Positions 10,955-20,792 of a stretch of DNA of 64,000 nt are shown here, one piece after another. Position numbers and translations under genes: made by a program. The notes below the pieces were generated by a model. That model did no database searches. It saw only the letters and a program-made list of their open reading frames with translations, and was not told the origin of the DNA. This DNA comes from Rebecca billardiae RCC1528 (lineage: Eukaryota; Protista; Haptophyta), in the NCBI GenBank assembly GCA_965240325.2, contig OZ251230.1:1984001-2048000 (forward strand), in the 5' to 3' direction. Each line of letters begins with the position of its first letter. Position 1 is the first letter of the stretch.

Positions 10955-13315
10955 TCAGCGCAGCGGCGTGAGCTTCTTCTGCTTGTGCACCGCGTCGACC
11001 ACCTCGAAGAACATGTTCATGTCCTTGCGCGTCATCATGGAGAAGAAGCGGCCGACCGCGTCCTGCATCATGCGCTCGCCGCCCGCCGACTGCGCGAGCA
11101 TCGACTTCTTGTGCGCCGGCGCCGCCGCGCCGCGCGCCGCGGCCGAGGGCGCGTCCGCGTGCAGCCCGAGCAGCCGGACAGCGTCGGACGGGAAGGCGTA
11201 CCGGCTGTACATCCAGTCGACCGCGTCCGCGTCGGGCTTCGGGCCGCCGAGCGCGCCCGCGTCGCCCTCGATGAAGTCGCCTCCCGGTCGCAGCACCTCG
11301 TCCGCGTACGCGCGCGCGAGCTCGGGCGCCGCGGCGAAGATCGTCCGCGCCTGCTCGAGGTGCGTCGTCGGGTCGGTCCGCGTGTGCGCCGGCACGCTGA
11401 AGTCCGCCTGGCCCAGCCGGATCCCGGCGCACACGACGCAGATCCAGCCGAGCTGCTCGTCCGCGTTCCACGCGCGGTGCTTGTACGCGCCGCTCGCCCA
11501 GCCCGTCGCGTACAGCGGCAGCAGCTTCCACGCGTGCGTCGCGATGAGCTCGACCGCCTCGATGATGAAGTCGATCTCGTCGGGCGGCATCGCCCAGCAG
11601 AAGTTGACGCGCGCCCACCCCGGCTTGGCCGCCTCGAGGCCGTGGCGCACGACGATGGCGCGGCAGCGCGCCACCTTCGCCTCGTCCCAGCCCCACTGCA
11701 GCCGCAGGCCACCCACAGCGCGCAGGGCACAGACAGGGCGGCGGCGCGCGCGCGCAGCGGAGGACGCGCGTCACGCCGAGGCCGGGCGGCGCGCGCGCGC
11801 GTCCTCGGCGCGCGTGGTGCTGCGCGTGGCGCGGCGCGGCGCGGCGCCGCCCGTACCAGTCGGAACGCGTACGGGCCGGCGCAGCTGCAGCCCGAGCGGC
11901 CCTGGATGCCGAACAGGTCGTTGAGCACGGTGCACACAAAGTGCGGCGACAGCAGCTTGCGTTTCTCGAGCGCCTTCGGCCCGAGCCGGCTCGGCGGCTC
12001 GGCGCCCCCGCCGTCCTTGTCGAGCGGGAGCAGCACGTTGAACGAGACGATGGGCAGCCGCTTCTTGTACTCGAAGTAGGAGGCGCGGTCGGCGCCGAGC
12101 AGGTACAGGTTGGGGTGGCGCGACCACCGCTCGATCGCCCTCTGCGCCGCGCCGCCGGTGATGGACTGCGCAAGCGGCAGCGTGACCAGCTTGCGCACCT
12201 GGAACGCCAGCCCGGTCCGGATGGCCTGCAGGATGGCGGGCGTGCCGCCGTCCTCGCGCTGCTCGATCACGTCGGCGTAGTCGTGGCCCGCGGCGGACAC
12301 GAAGCGGATGGTGCCGCCGCCCGGCTGCGAGGGCACCTCGTTCGCGAGCAGCGAGCGCCGCACGCACAGCACGCCCGCCGAGCCCGGCCCGCCCACAAAC
12401 TTGTGCGGCGAGCACACGAGCGCGTCGAGGTGGGCGCCGCCCTCGAGCTCCACGCTCATCGGCACGTACGGGCCGGCGCCCGCGTAGTCGGCGATGCACA
12501 CCGCGCCCGCCTGGTTGCACACGCGCGCGATCTCGGCCACGTCCGCGCTGATCCCCGTCACGTTCGAGCCCGCCGAGAACGAGACGATACGCATCGGCCG
12601 CGCCTTGTACGCTGGCTTGGCGAGCTTGGCGCGCAGCCACGTGGCGTCCATCGCGCCCGACGGCAGCTCGGGGATCACGAGCACGTCGGCGATCGACTCG
12701 CGCCAGGGCAGCTCGTTCGAGTGGTGCTCCATGTGCCCCACGAACACGACGGGGCGCGCCTCCGGCGGGATGAGCGAGGAGAGGTTGAACTTCTTGTCGA
12801 GCGCGGAAGGCAGCCGGATGCCGAGGCAGTCGATCAGCTTGTCGAGCGCGCCCGTCATGCCCGTGCCCACAAAGAGCGTGGCGTACGTCTCCGGGTTGGC
12901 GTGCAGCGCGTACTGCGCGGAGCAGCGCAGCGCCGGAGGGCGCGCGCGTGAGACGGCGCGCGGCGCGCGTGCGGCGGCGGCGACGGCGCCCGTGCCGAGG
13001 CGCGGGCAGGGCGCGCACCTGCACGATGGCACGCGCCTCCTCGCGGTAGTGGTTCGTTTGCCTGCCCGTCGCGCTGAGCTCGGTGTGCGTGTTCGCGTAC
13101 ATCGGCAGCACATCACGCCGCAAAAAGTCCTCGACAATGCCCACGCAGCGGCCGCTCGCCGTGTAGTCGGCGTACGTGAGCGCGCGCGAGCCAAAGGGCG
13201 TCTGGATCGTGGCGTCTGCGCCGATCACGTTCTGCTGGATGAGCCCGACGAGGCGCTCGGGCGGCATCGTCTTCTTGTCGGGCATCGCCTGCGGGAGGCA
13301 GAGGGATCGCAGCAT
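10955..13315 (-). CDS. PLP-dependent aminotransferase class V (cysteine-desulfurase-like), ~697 aa; exons 13315-13019, 12912-11857, 11695-10955
   Basis: Motifs YADYTASGR, YANTHTE, EHHSNELPW, SAGSNVTG, SPHKFVGGPG (PLP Lys), REDGGTP, GCSCAGPY and KPGWARVNF. Introns 13018-12913 and 11856-11696 are GT..AG and keep the frame. Confidence 0.9.
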
Positions 13316-13476
13316 CGTTGCCGATCGGAGTGGCCAGCGCCAAGAGCCCAAGACCAATTGCCAAGACCCGCCTCCGTCAGCTCAAAGGCGGGCGGCCGAA
13401 AGGGGCGTCCCGGCTCCACGCCAAGCCGAAGGCCGAAGGGCCTTGTCCACGCGCACTCCGGCGAGTTAAGATTATT

Positions 13477-13632
13477 ATAAGTACTGACGGCGGTGAGTAA
13501 GAGTAGTTGCGATCGTAACCGTATATAGGTTGCGACCGCCAACCGGGCGGCGCCAAGGCGCCAGGCGAATACATAAGTATGACGGCGGTGAGTAATAGTG
13601 GTTGCGGTCGTAACCGTATATGGGTTGCGACC
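13477..13632. repeat. Two ~60-bp direct repeats (13477-13537, 13573-13632), each ending in a stem-loop
   Basis: ATAAGTA(C)TGACGGCGGTGAGTAA...G(A/G)TCGTAACCGTATAT(A/G)GGTTGCGACC occurs twice, with a 35-bp spacer. Confidence 0.85.
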
Positions 13633-14686
13633 TTTTTTTTAAAAAATCCCCTTTATAACGGGCTCCGGGTGATCAGACCGCCGCCGGAGGCGGGTGCGCA
13701 GGTCCAAGCCGCCACCCATGAATTCATCAGATATACCCGCCATTACGATTTACGTACATTTGGACCACACGGTATCGGGTCTGGCTGGTTCAGACCCAGC
13801 CGTTTCGTGGTACCCACGAACAATAAATTGCTCCGTGCGGAGCGGCTGGGAAAGTCCAGCAAGGGCCTGAAAGGAGATCCGGCCACGAGGGCCTCGGCGT
13901 GCCGCCCGCCCGCGTGCCGACGCGCCGTCGCGCTCGCGGCTGTGACGCGTCGGCGGTCGCGCGCGCGGCTCTCGCGCGAGTCGGATGGACGTGGATCCCT
14001 CTTCGCCGGCGCCTCCACCTGGTGAGCGGTGCTCTCCCCCCCTTCGCGCTCGCCGCGCACTGCTTCTGTCCCAGAGTGCGGTCTGTGGGGCACCGCGCGT
14101 ACGCGTGGCCGGGCACCTCGCAAAACCTTCGCGGGCAACACTTTTGAGTGGCTGGCATGGGGGGGGACAATGTGTACCGTGAGCTGAGTGGCTACCCGTG
14201 TGCGAGCGCGGAGGGGCCAGCCCTCTTTTTCGGCCACACGTCTCACACTGTTCCATGGCCCGTTCTACCTTGTGTCCGTGTGCACGTACAAGTGGAGCAG
14301 GGCGGGGTGGGCGGCCCTTATCGCCGTCGGATGAGACCCAAAGATAGCATGTGCCACGCCGCACCGCGCTGCACCACCAGCCAACAATCTGGGCGGGCGG
14401 TACCGGCGATCTGCGCGGCGCGATGGGCACGGGCAGCATGCCTGCCAGCATGACGGCGAACACGGCAAACCGCCTGCAAATCAGGTTCAACGCGGTCTGA
14501 ACTCCGCGAATCCGGATTTCACGCACGGGAAGACCGAAACGCTTTTCCACTGGATATCGCTAGCCGCTCCGCGGGGCCGCGGAGCGGCCTCCCAAAAGGA
14601 GCGGCGGGTCTGAACTAGCCAGGTATCGGGTATCCTGGTAAGGGTCGTAGTACTAATTGCTTGCGCAAGCTTTTCGTCCGTGGACG

Positions 14687-15196
14687 ATGGGCGCCTGCGT
14701 CTCCTCCTGCGTCGGCCAGGGGGGAGGAGGCGCTCAGCCGAGATCAGAATCACCGCGCAGCCGACTCATGCCCGATGGTAGCGGGAGCGCCCCCGCTCCT
14801 CGTGCCGCTCGGCCTGCATCGACGTCCTCGTCCATCAGCAAGCGCTCGCGAGTGCAGCCGGGCAAGCTCGCTGCGCTGAGCGAAATCCACGCGCTCGCTG
14901 AGGTGGCGGACGACACGAGCCCACTGCTCGTCGACTTCTACGCCGACTGGTGCGTCCCGTGCCACGGGATGGACGTCGACCTGCACGAGGCAGCGAAGCG
15001 GCTGCGTGGGCGTGTGCGCGTCGTCAAGGTGGACTGGGACACCGCCACAACCTTTGCAGATCAAACGCGTGTGCTGGCGCTGCCGACAGTGTTGGCATAC
15101 CGCCACGGCCAAATCGCGTATCGGCATACAGGTCGACTGAATGCGGACGAGCTCGAGGCTCTCGCAGAACGCTATCTCCTGATGGATACGGCCTAG
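14687..15196 (+). CDS. Thioredoxin with N-terminal extension
   Basis: LLVDFYADWCVPC active site, VVKVD and cis-Pro ALPT; starts MGACVSSC. Confidence 0.85.
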   Translation: MGACVSSCVGQGGGGAQPRSESPRSRLMPDGSGSAPAPRAARPASTSSSISKRSRVQPGKLAALSEIHALAEVADDTSPLLVDFYADWCVPCHGMDVDLHEAAKRLRGRVRVVKVDWDTATTFADQTRVLALPTVLAYRHGQIAYRHTGRLNADELEALAERYLLMDTA

Positions 15197-17143
15197 CACA
15201 GGCTCATCCGTCGAAGCTGACTACAGTTGACTTCACGCCTCCGTTACCATTCAGATTCTTACTCTTAGCAGTGTACTATAGTAATCTGCATGAGCCAGAC
15301 GAATCCCCTGGGCACTCAGACTGTTCGGTCCGATGTAGATCGAGCCTTCCGGCTGGCGGACTCCGCCCTCCGGAAGCCTGTGGATTGACCGCCCATCGGT
15401 CCGGCTGCGCGGGACGGGCTCGGACGGGCTATGAAGTATGACGGACAGTGCGCGGAGCAGTATATGCCGCCGAACAGTAATCAGTATATGATATTTATTT
15501 CAGTCGCGGACCGGCTTCGGGCTCGTCAGGCCGTTGCAAGCTTGCCAGGGCGCTGGACACTTCCCGACTCCGCACCCGCTGACTGCCATCACGAGTAGAG
15601 CTGGCTTCGCGAACGGGTACTGCGCCGTGGCAAAACGGTAGTTACTGCTATTTCATTCAAATCGTCGTCGCGGATCACACGTCCGAACCGGGCGCGGTAG
15701 GCCACCGCTACCAGGCTGCTCTTAACCTACGACACTACTGTGACTACACGTGCCACCATGACCATCGAAGCCTGGGGGGTGCGACCAATGGGCTGCCATG
15801 CCATCCGATCTCCCGTTTTTCGAGTGCAGTCAGTCGGCCTGGCCGCCCTCACTCAGTCAGAATGCGTGCCGTATGAGACAGCAGAGCAGTGCGTTGCCTC
15901 TTGTCGTTCGATACACGCCTGCTACCCCAACCGATGACAGTGGGGAGTGGGGCTCCAGCATTCCCTACCGTACTATGTACGTCTGATCCAGTGCCATCCA
16001 GCATCCCAGTGTCGGCAGCGCGCTGTCGCATCGGATTCGGCGCCCCGGACCCGGTGCCTTTGTCAGCAGTCACTGACAGTCGTCAGAGATCAGACCGTGT
16101 TCGGAGACGACGACGTTACTGTAGTCGCATGTGGCTGTGCCGATGTGATTTTGTGCGGGCGCGATGTGGGCGCAGACAGCGGGGCAAGGAATAGGATGAC
16201 GGGCCCTGGCACGCCGCGAGGCGGCCGCTGCCCTGACCGTTCCAGGCCCCGCTTAGGCGGACGGCTGAATGGATTGTCCGGCGGCGCTATGAGCCCAGAT
16301 CGGCGACTACGGCTTCATGATTGATGTTCAATGTGCGGTGACTCAGGACAGAGGGCGAGAATCCGTCCAGATGAGAGAGTGGACTCTGTGGAGTCACTGT
16401 GGAGACGGAGTGGGGGTCCGACTATCTCGCCTGCGTCTCTCATTCGTAGCCGATGGGGGTACTGCAAACTGTGGGCATGAGGGCGCGGCGTCAGCGGTGA
16501 CCGACGAGGTCGTGGGCGCGCTCTTCGCGGGCCCACTCGCCCCGATGGGGCGTGGGGCCGCGCCTGGCCCTGCTCACAAGGTGTATGTGTTCAGGGCAGG
16601 CAAAGGCTCTGTGCCGCAGGCCGGGGTAGGTGGGCAGCCAGGGGCTGGCGGCAACCGAGAGGGGCCGCTTTCCCCCGCCCCCGCTGCTTGCGAAGGCGGC
16701 GGGGGTGCGCTGCTTGCCTCCGCGGGCGAGCAGCGCGCAGTTTACGCCGGGCATGTGGACCTGCCCGCACCCTTCAAGTCTTCCAGTTCATTCACTTCCG
16801 CGACTTCGGCTGGGGCTCGATCCGAGTCGACGCGGCGTCGCTCACAGCGCAGGCAGGTGTAAGTGTTTGGCGTGGCTGCACTCTCGAGGTGGCTGGGATA
16901 CAACATCCAGGTGCAGCACCCTCCCCGTGTGGTGTCAGAGCGCGCTCTCGAGCGCGTGCCTCCGAGCGCGGGGCGGCCGCTTGCTGCAAGTAGTGGGCTA
17001 CTACTTGCTTGTACCCGCATTCCGAGTAAACTCACCAACAGGGGCGTTCCCCGCGCGGGTCATGCGCCAATAAAAACTCACGCGCGAAAACAAAGCGCGG
17101 GAAAATGAAAACGCGCTTGGCGCGAAGGCGCTGGCGTCGATGG

Positions 17144-18044
17144 GCGCTTGGCGCGCGCGCGGCGCGGCGCGCTGCGGCCTTCGAGTTGCCGTGCGAAGGC
17201 GGCGCGTTGCTTGAGTGGCATCGGAACACGGCCATGCTCCGCACTGCGCCCCGCAGCTCGCTCCTCGTCGACTTTGCCGCGCCTACGATCAGCGCGCATG
17301 CGAGCGTCGCCTCGGAATGAGCAGCCCGCGCCGGCCTCAGCCGTGAGCGCCCGCCTGGCGCGCGATGCGATCAACTCGGGGCACGAGCTGCGGCTGCGCG
17401 AGGAAGCATGTGCCTGCGCGCAAGCCGCGCCGCCTTGAGACACCGATCGTGAGCAGGGCATGCACCTTGCACGCAACTATTCTTCTTGCCCTTGCGAATG
17501 TCGCGGTGCCCTTGACAGGACTCCTCATCAGAGCAACTACTCAAGCATAGCATGACGGCAGCCACGCGCAGGCGATGCATACAGATGTACACGAGTCGCT
17601 GCGCGCACACGCAACCCGAAGACTCCTATTCATCGCTTCAGGGCGCTCACGATCTGTTGTTTCATCTCCACTGCATGCAAGGCTCGTGCATGCTGATCGG
17701 CATTCGTCGACAGCCGTCTGAAGCTGCATCAACGCTCACGATCGGTGTCTCAAGGCGGCGCGGCTTGCGCGCAGGCACATGCTTCCTCGCGCAAGCGCAG
17801 CTCGTGCCCCGAGTTGATCGCATCGCGCGCCAGGCGGGCGCTCACGGCCGAGGCCGGCGCGGGCTGCTCATTCCGAGGCGACGCTCGCATGCGCGCTGAT
17901 CGTAGGCGCGGTTAAGTCGACGAGGAGCGAGCTGCGAGGCGCAGTGCGGAGCATGGCCGTGTTCCGATGCCACGCAAGCGCCGCGCCGCCTTCGCACGGC
18001 AACTCGACGGCCGCAGCGCGCCGCGCCGCGCGCGCGCCAAGCGC
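17144..18044. repeat. Long inverted repeat: 311-bp arms (17144-17454, 17734-18044) and a 279-bp spacer
   Basis: The arms are reverse complements with few mismatches; the same translation (...ELPCEGGA...ISAHASVASE) appears on opposite strands. Confidence 0.9.
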
Positions 18045-18258
18045 TGGTGCGCTGCAGTCCGGGTTGGCGGCCGCCACTGGCGCAGCGCCAGTCCGGAGAG
18101 GTTTTCCCCCCCAGGGGGGCAAAACCCCTCGCGGAGCGTGTGGCAGGATCCCGGGAACGCCCTTGCTGGCAAACTGTACCCGCCACCCAGGACTGACAGG
18201 CGTCGAGAGAGGGCGGCGCGGTGGGCGCATAGCCGCTCGCGCCGCGAGGCGGGTCCCG

Positions 18259-20322
18259 ATGCGCACGGCCGGTGCGCCGGCAGCGAAGGGCGCGCCCGAC
18301 GTCGATGCGGTGCTGATTGACGCCACGGGCGACGAGGACGCGCTCCGAGTCGCCGGGCCCGACCCGAGCATGGGCGCGGACGACGCGCTGGCCGGCGGCG
18401 TCAAGGCGCGCCCCGGCACCCTCCCCGCGGGTGAGGACGCGAGCACGAGCTGGTTCGCGAGGACAAGCCTCGGGCGCAAGCTCGGGCGAGGGCGCGCCTG
18501 GCTCGACGAGCACCCGCGGTACAAGCTGCTCTACATCTGCAGCGTGTACTGCCCGCTCGTCATCGCGTTCACCGTCGTGAAGGAAGCGCCGCAGGTGGTG
18601 CTCGCGCGCAAGAGCTTCTTCCTGCAGGTGGTGTACATCTCGGTGCGGGACTCCGCGGGGTGGTTGCAGAATATGTGCACGTTCTTCTGGTGCGCGCAGG
18701 CCGCCCGCCTTCCGTCCGCGCGCGCGCCGCGCGCCCCGCGGCCGAGCGTGACGCCGCGCCGCTGTTCGCCGCCCTCGCTGCGCGCCGCCGCGCCCGCGCT
18801 TCCGGCAGGTACGTGCAGATGAACCTGATCGCGCGACTGCGCGGCGAGGGGGCGCTCGAGCGCGCGGGGCGGTTCATCCACTGGGCCACGCTCGCGGCCT
18901 TTGCGTGCGGCCTCGTGCTGATGGGCGCGATGTGCGCGGCGGGCCGCTCGCTGCTCGCATTCACTTCGCCCACCGACCCGGAGGCGGTCGTGGGCCTTGG
19001 GCTGCATGCGCTGTACGCGTGGGCGGTGGGGCTGCCGGCGAGCGTGATGCAGATCCCGATCGGCGGCTCGCTGATGGGGATGCACGAGTTCGTGAGCTCC
19101 ACCGCCACCCTCGCCGCGTGGGGCGCGCTCGGCCTGCTCGTCGCGTTCGTCCTCGTCGAGCTGATGGTCGACTGCTCGACCAAGCCCGAGCAGATTGACG
19201 ACGCGACGTACGTGTGCCCGGGCTCGCGCGCGTTCCTCACGGCGGTGTCGGTGGCGGGCTCGGCGATCATGTGGGGGCTCGTGCTGCACGTGGGCACGCT
19301 GCAGTACGTCTTCGCCAGGCGGCAGGGCATGTTCCCCCACGGCCCGCCCCGGTGCGGCGCGGACGGGCCGGCCGAGGCGCTCGGCGCGCTGCGGAGCGAG
19401 TGGGGCCGAGACACGGCGGGCGTGGCGGTGCGCTCGGTGCTCAACAACTCGCGCGACTTCATCTCGCTGCTCGTCTCGCTCCGGCTCGGCGTGAACGCCG
19501 CGACGGTGTACGCGCTCTTCTCCACCGCAAGCGCTCTCTCCTATGCCGTCCCAAACATGATCTCGACCGCGGTCATGACCGAGGGCTCGAAGCAGCACGG
19601 GCTGGGGCGGTGGGGCGTCGTGCTCTGGTGCCTCCGCTTCTTCCACGCGTTCGCGGCGTGCGCGGGCGTGCTGTTCGGCGCGATCATCCTGAGCCAGCGC
19701 GCGCGCATCCTCGGCTTCTACTCCGACGAGACCGAGTACGCCGGCTTCGCCGAGCTCTTCGAGACCGTCTGGCCGCTCTTCGTCGTCTTCCAGCCCGTGT
19801 ACGCGCTGGTCGCCGTGCTCGGGCCGCTGCTGATGACCACGCAGAACTACGTGTTCTGGGGACAGGCGGTGGCGGCGTGCTTCTTCCCCGTGTTCCTGCC
19901 GGTGCGCGCGCGCGGCCGCGCGGCCGCGAGGCGGCGGGGCGTGGCCCACCGCGCGCTCGGCCAGGTTCCCCACCCCGCCGACCCCGCGCCCCGCGCCCCC
20001 CGCCGCCCCGCCCCGCGCGCGCCGCTGCGCCGCTCGGCTCCGCCGGCTGCCAACGAACGGGACGGGACGGATGGCCGCTGCGCCGGGCTGGCAGATCACC
20101 ATCTACGCGGCCGTGACCGGCTCCGTCTTCCACGTCATCCTGGCGGACGTGCTGTACAACGCGGCGCACCTGCTGCTGCTGCTGTACAAGGTGAGCTTCG
20201 TCGAGATGAGGAAGATCGCGGCGCTCGCGCGGGAGGAGCGGGCGGCGCTGGCGGCGCACGCGCCGGCCGACGCGCCGACGACGGCGCCGCGGGCGTCGCA
20301 CGATGAGCGCTATAGTTATTAG
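18259..20322 (+). CDS. MATE-like multi-pass membrane transporter, ~583 aa; exons 18259-18689, 18809-19901, 20095-20322
   Basis: Many hydrophobic segments. LLVSLRLGVNAATVYALFSTASALSYAVPNMISTAVMTEGSKQHGLG resembles the MATE repeat. The two GT..AG introns keep the frame. Confidence 0.6.
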
Positions 20323-20792
20323 CAGCAGCAGCAGATATATTCTGTAATGACGCGCGCGGGTCATCTTAATAAGCCTGCGCGGGCAGACTTACTGCCTCCG
20401 CGGGGCGCTGCCTGCCCGAGCGCCGCCGACCTGACCGGTACTGGTACGGCCGCGCCCGCGGCCCGCGGCTCGGCCGCCAGTATGGACTACGGCCAGGCCC
20501 AGGGCGGGGCCCGCCGCAACGCACTCGCGAGCCGCTTCCTCGGCGTCATCACCCAGCAGCGCGCCCGCTTCTTCGAGCGCAGCGCGCACGTGCGGCGCGA
20601 GCCGCGGCAGCAGGCGCACCTGCACGCGTGCAGCGCGTTCGGCTTGGCGACGGCCACGGTCGGACCGATTTGGCCGCCATCGTGGCGATGACGACCGAAA
20701 AGCCCGCGCTGGAGCGCTGAGCCAGGCACCCGTGACGCTGGCGGAGCGGCGTGTCTTGCTACACGCGGCGTCACGGCGCACGTGGACAAGGA

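Noticed and set aside
13477-13632. Mini-CRISPR (repeat-spacer-repeat)
   Set aside because: Only two repeats, 60 bp long, in a eukaryotic context with no cas genes.
15200-17100. LTR or retroelement remnant (ends ...CACCAACA at ~17040)
   Set aside because: No paired LTR, primer-binding site, or RT/integrase motif could be identified.
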